A stretch of DNA of 64,000 nucleotides, taken from contig OZ316895.1 of the NCBI GenBank assembly GCA_973895155.1, positions 3,521,659-3,585,658 on the forward strand, read 5' to 3'. This document shows, piece after piece, positions 14,371 to 25,304 of this stretch; positions within the stretch are counted from its first letter, which is position 1, and the number at the start of each line of letters is the position of its first letter. The notes below the pieces were generated by a model. The model ran no database searches. It worked only from the letters and a program-made list of their open reading frames with translations, and had not been told where the DNA came from. This DNA comes from Marsupella aquatica. Lineage: Eukaryota; Plantae; Marchantiophyta. Made by a program: the position numbers and the translations under genes.

Positions 14371-14529
14371 GAGGGATTTGCTTGGTGGGACCCCAAATGA
14401 AAATGTTTTACTTGATAGGACCCCTGAGTGATCCACACCGTTGATTTACCTTGAATAGACGGACCTAAACTTTCAAGGGTCCAATTAAGTAAAACATTTT
14501 CATTTGGGGTCCCACCAAGCAAATCTCTC
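14371..14529. mobile_element. Mutator-like MITE (159 bp) with 9-bp TSD
   Basis: ~43-bp near-perfect TIRs: GAGGGATTTGCTTGGTGGGACCCCAAATGAAAATGTTTTACTT / AAGTAAAACATTTTCATTTGGGGTCCCACCAAGCAAATCTCTC. Perfect TSD TACATTTCT at 14362-14370 and 14530-14538. A 9-bp TSD with a G terminus is typical of Mutator. Confidence 0.92.
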
Positions 14530-15820
14530 TACATTTCTTGAATAGAGTACCCCATTGTTTTAATGAAGCACCTTATGGTACACTATTTGAGCACAGTACC
14601 ACCGCACAGCTCTGTTTAGGGAAGAGGTCTGATTAGGAAAGAGGTTGTATATTTTACACAAAGAGCATTTTGGAATCCCATCCACCTTCATAACTTTGGA
14701 GAGAGGTTCATGCCAGCTTGTGGCTAGAGGTTTTATTTTTCGTACTATTTATAAAAATGGCTTTGCTTTTTGGTTTTTGTCCTCCTTGGACCTCTTTTTC
14801 TTTGTACCACTTTTCCTTGCCTTTCATTGTACTTTGTTTTTTGTTTAGCATATAAACTTTGGGTAGTCTGTTTGCTTTGAAATCATCATCATATATTGTT
14901 TTCCTTCTAAATTCTTTGGAGTCTACGGTCCTCCTGGTAATGCTCGTCCCATCCCGTCCTTGAAATGCTCATCAGGATGTGCACAAAATATGCTGAGTAC
15001 GAAGGAGTTGTACTGGGGTGACCCACAGTACAGGAACAGCGTGTAAACTGTCACGAATCCGGATTTGCAGGAGCGGAGTATCCCGTCTATTCAGCAGGTC
15101 CGCCAGTCGCATGAGAAAGTACGATACGGTACAGTAAAGAGCGCCATTATCCTCAGCTATAGTGGCGGTACAGATACCCCGCCAATGCCTCCGCCAAATC
15201 GTCGCCCACTGTACGTTACCATGGTTACTTGTAATTGGTTCTACTGTACTGTAAAGTCTGCCGCTTGACAAGTCAGGCTGTCAGGTCAATACGGTCCGAA
15301 TTTTATTATTACCGGTTGTGAGAGTGACGGCGTCTGGTAATTGCGACTTTGACTTTTCTGTGGTCCTTTTGAACCCGTTGGATAGAGCATCCAACGAATT
15401 TGCTTACGTACGATGTTGTGTGTGACATGCTGGCCATACAGTAAGTTACAGTGGAATTTATGTAAGTATGTAACTTGGATTCAGATTCCTTTGACTCCAA
15501 GGTTGTTAATTAACTATATTAGTTATCAGGTGTTTAACTTAGCTGGGTTGTGAAATTGAAAATAGTACTAAGGATGGTCACTCGGCTGCATCTCGGAATT
15601 GGAAAAAATAGTACTAAGAATGGAACAAAAAGGATTTTCAACTTGTGGGCCTGTGTAATGGGGTGCCTAGTCAGCCAAGTGGGGCAAAGTAACACAATGG
15701 CCCTGCAAAAACAACACTTCAAGTCATGGCAAGACTTGACTTATGTGAGATACTTATATCTGATATGAGTGACTGATCCCAAACATGGTTGCCATAGTCC
15801 CTTCACTTCTGTTGTGAGGA

Positions 15821-15972
15821 GAGATATTTGTTTGATGGACCCCCAAAATGAAGTGTTACTTGATGGGACCTCAGAGGTTTTGGGTATGCTGATTTAAGGA
15901 CTATCAATGGTATCAGTTGGCTGTCCATCAAGTAACAGTTTTCATCTTGGCGGTCCATCAAACATATAACTA
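15821..15972. mobile_element. Older Mutator-like MITE related to 14371-14529
   Basis: GAGATATTTGTTTGATGGACCCCCAAAATGAAGTGTTACTTGATGG is an inverted match to CCATCAAGTAACAGTTTTCATCTTGGCGGTCCATCAAACATATAACT. Size and terminal consensus are similar to the 14371 element. TSD not recognisable. Confidence 0.7.
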
Positions 15973-18900
15973 GTTATTGTGACTATCCAAAGGGATATAA
16001 TTATTGGCAAATTGAGACAGTCTAGCCACAAGAAAGTTGCAAGCCATTCAAAAGAAACATTTTGACATTTTCTTTAATCATTTGACAGTTCACCGATTTG
16101 ATATAAAGAAATTAGCCAAGATTTAACGGTGTAGACGAATCCAAACAAATCTAGCTGTCAACATTAGTGGCCCCCTACTTATGTATGCTTGTAAGAAGCT
16201 AACACAAGTTCTCCAATTTTTTTGTTACTTTTAAGTATTAAAATAATGCATACTTTATAATTGCAATGTAGGGCAAAGGATTTTATATATGCCTTAAGCC
16301 GTAGTTGGATTTTCCAGGTGTTTAACATCTGATGGTTGTCCTTAAAATCAGGAAATATTTAAGATTTTTTCTCATTTTAATAATATATAAGTAAATATTA
16401 AATGGGTCCCACTTAATTTTCCCTCTTAAACCCTTGAGGCATTTTCCAGTTCAAGTCCCTCACAAACTAAAAATAAATAAAAATTCTTACTCTTCGGATT
16501 TGGTGGAAAGCCTAATCATTTTTATTTTGAGGGCTGGAAAAGTCTCACGATGCTTTGATAATACATCTTGGGCATGGTACCCAAGATGGAGTAGAACAGA
16601 TATTCCTACGGAAACCTTTTCATTTTTCTATAGAATGGGCTGAAGTGTGCCAATTCTATAGAAAAGGAGAAGACCAGTGGGGAAAAGAGACAATGGACTC
16701 CAAGGGCGAAGGCATGTGCCAAAGCCCACAACCCCCAAGAACCACCCAGGGTTACTAATAAACATCTATGGGCCAAGAGCAATGCAGGGCCACCCACCTA
16801 AGCACAAACATGACATAAGTCCAACAATCAGTATGGTAGAAAGGGTGCACAGTTCCAGCCTCCCTAATTGAGGGAGTACTAGTGCAAGTGAGTCTTCCTT
16901 GACAATCACTGATATCGAGAGCATTCTTGTGCCTGCTGCAATTTTGTATCCTGGCATGTTACACACAGTCATGTAAAGGACCATGCTAATCTCAAACAGC
17001 AGTTGTTCTAGTGGGATAATTTCTCATGTTGACTCTTGCCCTCTCATTGAACTTGAGTCAATGTCTGGCTCAAGCTCTTGGCCTTCTCACACTCCGAGCC
17101 TCTTGAAGAGTAGGAAGAATGTTCACAACTCCATGGAGAATAAGTTGCAAGGGAACCAGGTACCGTTAGCTTGAAACATGCATTGTCATCGCTTGATCCA
17201 AATGTTGCTAGTTACCATAATTATGATGAATGAGAAGGAGGAAGCTAGGGTTGCGCTTTTGAGGAATGGTAGTATTAATCTTAGGTACCAAAGAAAGATC
17301 AGCCTGCAGCCTTGTTCAAATTAGTGCCCACAACAATGTGTTCTTGTCCATTAGTACACATGCCAACACTATGTTCCACTTGATAGCATGATGTAAATTG
17401 GAGAAAAACCCTGCGTGGATGACCCTATCATACTGTCACAATATCGTGGCATGTGAATATTGAACAAAAGTTCTGGCCTTAGTATTTTCTATGCAAGTCA
17501 TGCAAGAAAACCCTACCACAGAGTCCCTATGCTAGACTTTAATTTAAGACAACGAACACACCAAATTCAATTAGTGGCAAACCCTAAACTAAAGCTCAAC
17601 AAAAATGGAAACTAATCAGTGGCTATGGCTCAACAAAACCCAACTAAATCTAAACTTAAAACCCCAAATTTCTCTCCCTGTCCACCCCAACCTCCCACTT
17701 GGTTTCTTTCTTTATTTCCTCCCACAATCCCACCTCACTTTTTTTTAATCTTTTTTGTTTCCATTCAATCAATTTTATCTAGCTGGATTGATGAACATGG
17801 AGGTCATCAGAAATTTTTGCGAAACCCAATATTTTTGAATATGTTTAGTAACTAGTCCCGAAGCTAGGCAGCCACATAAAAGATCTTAAACCAAACAGAA
17901 TTGAGCTGACAAAATTATTGCTAAAAAACTCTTGTGATGCATCTTAGGATGTTGAAGTGCCCAAGGAGCACATACATCATGAGAATCGAAAAAACACAAG
18001 TGACTAACTTAAAGTATTCGAGGTGTAAAGTGCACACCATTGTTAGGTATTTATTCTTAGGTCTAGAGCCTGGTCTAAAGTCATTATATAATTGTAATTT
18101 GTCTAATACTGTTGTTTAAGCGCTTGGTTAAGGTTAGATGTGCTGCTACTATAATCATTAGCATAACTTAGTAGTGAGTGGAACTCAGACTCATTGTTTC
18201 AAAGCCAATTAAGAGATCAGGAGATTTTAGTCACTGGAGACTCAGCATGGTGACTGGCTTACAGTTCAGTAAACTTCTAAATTGTGTTCTTGTGAAGGTG
18301 ACATGTGTATATCTTGTCAATTACTTGTGTGTTAGTTGGATGTCATTTGCTCGATCTAACAAATCCTATGGTTGGATGAATTTTTTCATGCAACTATAGT
18401 GCTCCGTTGTCCTTGTTCTTTGTTGTTTGGGATATTGCTTTTTAATTGTCCCAAACACTGACAAACATTGTGACAGACACAATTGGCTGTGACACACAAT
18501 TGGCCGTGTGGGCTTGTCGCCACAAACATAGTCATTTCTGTTTGTGAAAAAGTTTCTGACATGGCTGCACATTGTGCCAGGGATTTTGCGAAACACTTTT
18601 CATGAGGGACCATAACCAATAATAGAGAATCGAGAGCAAAGGAACTCATCAAATGACACCCTCATTGGTTGGGTTTGATTGGGTTATGAGCGAAGGAACT
18701 CATCAAACTACCCCGTTTGATTGGGTCCTGTGGAGACCATTCCTAAGTGTCCCATGTATAAGTTTAATCCTCAGGCTGTCTTTACGCATATAACATGAAT
18801 AGTGCACTAGATAGGTTCCAGAATCCAACACTGTACTCTAGAGTCAATTATAGACTGTGCATATCACACATATAGTGTAATACACTGTTCTAGAATGCGA

Positions 18901-21900
18901 TAGCCTACCAGAATTACATGACAATATGTAGTGAAAAATGTACATCCTAGAATGAAACGATTGCATGCTAAAATCCATGTAATACACTATTCTCATACTC
19001 CTTAATGTGTTCCTTGGAAATGGATGTGTACTTTTCTAGTAGTTTTGTAAGTGCAAGAAGAGGTGCATTAGTGCTAGTGCGGAAACCCTTGACAATACTG
19101 TGATGCACTTATCAACTCTTCCCCTGACTACAACACCTACTAATGGTATGCCTTAGGAAAACCTCTTCTTTGTTTCAAATAGTACACAAAACATTTTTCA
19201 AACACATATGCATCATATATCTCCATGGTTTATATCAATATATCGGAGTTAGTGACTCAGGGTTCTGAGTTACAGCTAGAAATTCTTTTAGATTCTGGGG
19301 TTCAATCAAACGGTAGACTTAAAATGCAGAATTACGATAGTCCACAGAAGACTCACCTCACAAAGAAAGTAACAAATGTGATACAGACTCGTGACTAGTA
19401 GAAAACCCATCGGGGGTTTAATATTTTTGTGCAATTAGGTAATGTCTTGTGCTTGTTGATAAGTTCAGATGATGGAGTCGAGGCTAGAGTTTATGGCGCG
19501 CGCAGCCAGCTTGTACCATGTGAAGGATTATGATATTGTTAAGGTACAGAGTCATGTCCCATGGGACGGGTTATGATATTGTGATGGATGAGAACTCATA
19601 GCTTTAGCTTGAGTTTTGAGGGCTAGTGGGATTTTGAGCCATAAGACCCTGGAGAACAAGAGCTTTAGCTTGCATCTTGAGGGGCTATTATTGCCCACAA
19701 TGCCCTGTGTTATTAGGCCTAAGAGATTTCTGTTTTCACTCTTAGCAGTAAAAGTAGAGAAGTTTCAAAACTCCCCCTCCAAATCTCTACTTTTACTGCT
19801 AAGAGTGAAAACAGTGTGCCAAAGGAAAACAAAGCAGCAAAATCATGGAGGGCATTAAGTTTTCCTTTGGCACACCCATCAATATTAGTCGAAAGCCAGG
19901 TGCCAGTCTTTGTTGCATAAAACTCTAAAAGATTACGAGTGTCTTAGCAAACCATTTTTGCAATGAACCGGTTTCATCGACGATCCCACTTCTCACTGCG
20001 CCTACAGTAGCTCATAATGAGAGCACATTTAGTGTAAATTGTGATGCAGGTGAGCGAAGTGTGAAAAAACCTGTCATTTGGTCATAGTTCTCGGGCACTT
20101 TTAAGCACAACCCTTCCTAGCTGCAGATTTAGCCAACAGAATGATGTGAGCCGAAACAGTCAGACTTCCCCGCGATAAAGGTGGTCAAGTTTTGAGGTTT
20201 TCGTTCTACGATATTTGCATTGTTGGCCATGTTGTTCTCGCCCCATCAATCCCAATCCTTACCAAGCGTTTCTTGGAATACACAAAATCATTCATTTGCA
20301 TTGTCTTATTGTAACCTTTCTCCCCCCTTGGTTTAGGCTGCATACAAGAACCTTTCTTCATCCTTAGGTGCTTCGAGAGAATGATCGAAAGGCTACTTAC
20401 CATCTACGCTGATGAAGAAATCATATATCTGGCAACTCTCGTCTGTGTTTGGAGTCTCTATTGTGGTCCAACACATCATAAATTAAACTGCAGACCTATT
20501 CATTGACATCTGCAATAAATGGCATCCTATGCGACTGTACACTATGATTTAGAGACACTTGCTAGACTACTGTCTCTAGTAGCCGCAAATGCTAGATAGG
20601 ACAAGTCTGCAGGAGCTCAGAAAGATGATGCTGCAATGAGAGAATTAGATCCCAACCCTATAGGCAAAACGCAGCACAGCCAAGTAGCCAGACCGAATCT
20701 GGAAGCTTGCAGGTCAGCACAACAGCATTGCTGCGGCATCTGTCAGCCCCAAAGCCCCGAGATATGCAACTATATCTAGGCAATGATGCTCATCTGTGCT
20801 AAGTAGGTCCAACGTCATGACCCCATCTTATGGTGCACAATTCTTTCTGAGAATGACTCCAATAATCTATCGCTCCTCAACATGAGAAATTGCCCCGGCC
20901 AAAACAAAGCCCGACACAAGGAACCCCTCATGGACCTAAGAGAAGAACCCTTGTGAATTGAGACACCCTGAGGCCACATATCTAAAGATCTAATGGGTTC
21001 AAAATAAACCACGTGAACTGGTCACTCTCTCCCATGTTTCTGTTAGGGAAGGCAATGCAACCCTACCCAAATTGCATCACCGATATTTGCCTCTCTGCCG
21101 TGACTAACCAGTATCAGACATGCATCCTCTTCCTGCAAGCCATTCACTGGCACTACCTGTTCCAAAGCAAGGCAAATAGTGGATTAGCTCATAATGCTTA
21201 CTGTACTTACGTCCTATTACACAGGCACACCCAGATCCGGGAACGGAAGATCGAAATCTCGCAACCTCGTCGCCAGCAGCAATGAACACTACGGCATCTA
21301 CTAAGGGGATATACCTGAACACAAAAACAGAAAGGTACTACTCCATACATATCATAGTTGGGCATGAGAGCAAAAACTAGTCCCCCAAAGCATCCACCTG
21401 GGGCGAGGGGGGGGGGGGGGGGGTCGGGGCCAGGGGGTGTTGCAAATGCAAAAAGGAGGGTTCTTATCCATAAGGCATAATTCCTTACTAAACCGCGTTG
21501 CTCACCCAAACTGTTTATGTCAAAGCATCCCAGATCCAAGAAATAGGAATAGAAAGAGTGACCGAGCGAGAATCACATCAGAACGCCCGGAGGACGATTG
21601 AATCTGCTTAAAGCCGACAAAACTAAAGAATATTCCTCAACGATTGGAGTCAAAGCACAGAAAAGCAGCAACTTTTAAAGTTAAAATGATTACAAACAGG
21701 ACTGCCATGCTGAAAATCGTCTGTATGCACTTACATCACAAAACATCTTCAAACCATCTCTGCTCTCTGAGAGAGGACGGAAGGACACTCCCGAACCTTA
21801 TAAGTTTCATTGCAGCTACGATTCCTCCTCATCCCGCATTCTCAATTACATAGTTTGATCATGTACCTTTCAAATTCCAAATCCTTGAATTTCTATGTTC

Positions 21901-23137
21901 CAATTGATTAAGTGGAGAAGTAGTATCCCTGCAGTACTGGAGAGATTGAGCTTTCGCTAAGAAATCCGTAGCTCATTACCCTAATCACTAAACCTGAAGT
22001 TAGATTTCCTTGCCACACATGCTGATACCGTTCCTGAACCTTCTAATCAATCACAATTCTCCGTGAGATAAAACTTATCTTCAAGAGCAACAGATTTGAC
22101 GCAGACCAACTTCGGAAATTAAAGCTGAAACTCTTTCCATCCAGGACTGTGGACCAACTCTGGCAATCATGGCTAAGACGATGCCTCGGTATTTACAAGT
22201 AGTTGTTGACTCTCACAAGTTAAAAATTGTAATCATCTAGAAAATGCTTCAACTATTCTTTGCAAGATCCGGCCACAAGCCAATGACTTCTCTTAGATGA
22301 GAGGAGAGTTGTTCAGATTTGAGGTCATCTCAACCTTCCGGAAACAAAATTCCTAAATGTTAGTAATTCCAATATTTCTTGAAAATCAGAAGCCTTGACA
22401 TCGGAAACTTCGATAGCAGTCCACCCTTTAACCTAACCTGTATAAAATGTTTCCCATACCCATTCTATGATACAACAAGGTGTCATTCCGTAGAGATCTC
22501 TGTTGAAGTGTAACTGACATTTCTTAGTATGACGTGTAGCCAAAGGCTATCCCGCATTTAGCCATCCAGATTTCATTGAGCACTGATGAAGGAATAACAG
22601 TACGAATAACTATTATTGCCCGTGCGATGAGTAATTTAAATCAGAAGTAAAGAAAAACCACTCCAATTGTCAACTTTGTTGCAAGCCAAAGTCCACACTG
22701 CCACAGCTGAATGTTGTGAATCGTCTTAAGGGACCCATCAAAATTGTGAAACTTGCCATCACCTTCGAGCCTACGAAATGTAAAATGACCAGATGGATAA
22801 ATGAATGACTTTCTACAGTCCATTAGCCCCAAAATTGAAGAGAGAATACGCTCACTTTCAAATTTACCAAGACTACTCCAATGAAAATCTTATCAAGCTA
22901 CGATAACCTATAGAACCCGTTAGCATTAAGCTGATGGAAAGAATACGCTACATTTTCAAATTAACCTAAAAGAATCCGACCCAAGTTTCCCCAGTTGTGA
23001 TGACATGCAGAAACTGAAAGAAGGAATGAAGGGAAGAAATCTAAACCTAGATCAAGCAAAATCGGCAGGAAGCTGCGACGAGGCAGGGGAAAAGATCCAC
23101 ACACCCTGTCGATTGCTCTGCTCGATGCAAAAATTCA

Positions 23138-24088
23138 TCAGACCGTGGTGACCTGTGACCATTCCCCATCAACTGCCTCTTTCCACAAAGACACTCTGTT
23201 GGTAGCATCTGCCACTGCCAGAATGTTCCCAGTGAGGGACCAGCTTACTCTCCAGACAGGCGATTGAAAATCGTTCAACACTCTCCCGTCCCATTGATCG
23301 CCCTCCTTCCCTTGCGTCCAAATAACCACCGTCCCATCCTGCGAGGCGCTTGCGATCGTGCTCTTCGGCAGCCCTAGATTGGGAGCCCACGCCACATCCC
23401 TAACCCAGTCGCTATGCTTCGAGAGAGGTGGGAAGCAATCCAGCCGCCAGTTCCCTTCATGGCATTTCCACACCTTAGCCGTGTTGTCACACCCCCCGGA
23501 CGCCAGCTTCTGCACCAGACCCGGGTTGTTCTCCCCTACGAGCGACCCCGGAGCTGAGGATGGTGCCCAAGACACCGACGTCACCCCCACGGGATGTGCC
23601 TGCTCGATCTTCGTCTTCTCCCACGATCCATCAGTCTTGTGAGTGAACACGGAGATCGTCCCGTCGGACGAACCAGCAGCCAGCACCAAGCCGAACTCAT
23701 GAGGGGCCCAAGACAAGCTGTTCACCGACGCCTCGTGCTCTTGAAACACCTGCGCCTGCGTCCACTCGTTCTCGGCGCCCTCCTTCCAGATGATCACCTT
23801 GCGGTCATACGAACACGAGGCGATGATCGAGCCGAACTTCGGATGCGCCCACGAAACCTGCCAGACCGGCCCGTCATGCCCTAGCAAGGTCACTGCTGCT
23901 CCTGCGGCTGTCGCAGCTGCTGCTGCTGCCTGATGATCTCCTCCTGCTCCTGCTGTCAGCGGAAACACCTTAATGCTCCTATCCGATGAGCAGGTCGCCA
24001 TTCGCTTCCCGTAGTAGTCCAATTGCACATCGTGCACCACATCCTGATGCCCCGACTCGATCGTCTGCGCCCCTGCTCCTGCTGTCAT
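23138..24088 (-). CDS. SEC13: Protein transport protein SEC13 (WD40; COPII coat / nuclear pore component), 316 aa, single coding exon
   Basis: The first in-frame ATG at 24088 gives MTAGAGAQTIESGHQDVVHDVQLDYYGKRMATCSSD...GHDGPVWQVSWAHPKFGS...HSDWVRDVAWAPNLGLPKSTIASASQDG...WRVSWSLTGNILAV...WKEAVDGEW, which are hallmark SEC13 motifs. The longer ORF call from 24529 starts at TTG and runs through GA repeats. Confidence 0.97.
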   Translation of the reverse strand: MTAGAGAQTIESGHQDVVHDVQLDYYGKRMATCSSDRSIKVFPLTAGAGGDHQAAAAAATAAGAAVTLLGHDGPVWQVSWAHPKFGSIIASCSYDRKVIIWKEGAENEWTQAQVFQEHEASVNSLSWAPHEFGLVLAAGSSDGTISVFTHKTDGSWEKTKIEQAHPVGVTSVSWAPSSAPGSLVGENNPGLVQKLASGGCDNTAKVWKCHEGNWRLDCFPPLSKHSDWVRDVAWAPNLGLPKSTIASASQDGTVVIWTQGKEGDQWDGRVLNDFQSPVWRVSWSLTGNILAVADATNRVSLWKEAVDGEWSQVTTV

Positions 24089-24464
24089 CCTCCCTTCCTC
24101 TCCTCTCCTCTCCTCTCTTCTCCTCTCTTCTCCTCCGCTTTCCTCCGATGCTCTCCTCTCTTCTCCTCTCTTCTCGTCCGCTTTCCTCCCATGCACTCCC
24201 CTCGATTGCGCTGATCTTCCCCAAGCGTTCACATCGACGGCATCCTCCCTTCCTCTCCTCTCCTCTCCTCTCTTCTCCTCGCTTCTCCTCTCCTCTCTTC
24301 TCCTCTCTTCTCGTCCGCTTTCCTCCGATGCACTCCTCTCGATTGCGCTCTTCTCGTCCGCTTTCCTCCAATGCACTTCCTCTCGATTGCGCTCGACTTG
24401 TCCGATTTCCTCCGATGCACTCGTCTCGATTGCGCTGAGCTTCCCCAAGAGTTGACATCGACGG
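24086..24464 (-). repeat. GA-rich, internally duplicated 5' leader of SEC13
   Basis: Two larger units (24086-24240 and 24241-~24464) both start with CATCCTCCCTTCCTCTCCTCTCC and end with CTTCCCCAAG.GTT.ACATCGACGG on the + strand. They contain sub-repeats TCCGCTTTCCTCC.ATGCACTC..CTCGATTGCGCT. Confidence 0.85.
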
Positions 24465-24650
24465 GAAGGTTTGGCACCTCGATGTCGGCACTTCGTCACC
24501 TGGGGGCGTAGGGCGGTACTACGTTCCAAGGGTTGGGCTGTTCCATATTATCATATACCGTAGGCCTTGTGGTATAATGGTAACCCTGGTCCCAACCAGG
24601 GTTCTCTAACCTAGTCTATATTTATTTACTTGTATTATAACAGTTGAGAT

Positions 24651-24944
24651 CTAAATAGTTTTTTGCTGCTCAATAGCACCGTGTGAGCTCTAATAGTGTC
24701 ACTCACACTAGATAAGCCCGCCTAGCAAATCAAAGTTATCTTCTCGTCAAACCGCTACCCAGTTCACCCGCCTAGCAAATCAAAGTTATCTTCTCGTCAA
24801 ACCGCTACCCAGTTCACCCGTTGAAGGGTGCATTTACCCTTCGACAGGTGAACATAACTTTGATTTGCCAGGTGGGCTTATCTAGTGTGAGGGACACTAT
24901 TAGAGCTCACTAGGTGCTATTGAGCAACAAAAAAAACTATTTAG
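24651..24944. mobile_element. Foldback / MITE-like long inverted repeat in the SEC13-SG1 divergent intergenic region
   Basis: The ~90-bp left arm CTAAATAGTTTTTTGCTGCTCAATAGCACC...GCAAATCAAAGTTAT pairs with the right arm ATAACTTTGATTTGC...GGTGCTATTGAGCAACAAAAAAAACTATTTAG. There is a central stem GTTCACCCGTTGAAGGGT / ACCCTTCGACAGGTGAAC and an internal exact 50-bp tandem duplication (24721-24770, 24771-24820). Confidence 0.85.
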
Positions 24945-25304
24945 TATGACAACCTAGGCTTGGTTTTACTTGGGGTCCTTTCCCCTAGTTTCCTTCCCTT
25001 GGGTTGGGTTGCTTTGCCTTTGGGATCTTGTGTCCCGGTTTGGCCATTTTGCCCTGGGCAGTGTGATATATATATTATTGGGAGGATCTTGTCGGTTTGG
25101 CATTTTTGCCCCTGGGCAATGTGATATATATTTAGTAAGAGGACTGTTATAATACAAGTATAGGCACACCAGCTTCCTGCCTGTCGAGGTGAAAAGGCGA
25201 GAAGGTCTAGATTATTGGAGACTGCATGGAAGCTGATTACCCTACTCTTTGGGGACAATGAACTTCACCACATCGAGCTCTAGAGACAGATAGGCAGAGC
25301 ATCC

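Noticed and set aside
21407-21438. Long G homopolymer
   Set aside because: A simple mononucleotide run whose length is error-prone in assemblies; no evidence of function on its own.
24089-24529. 147-aa E/R-rich N-terminal extension of SEC13 in the ORF track (463 aa)
   Set aside because: It starts at TTG and is translated GA repeat. SEC13 homology begins at the ATG at 24088. Kept only as a hypothesis in the findings.
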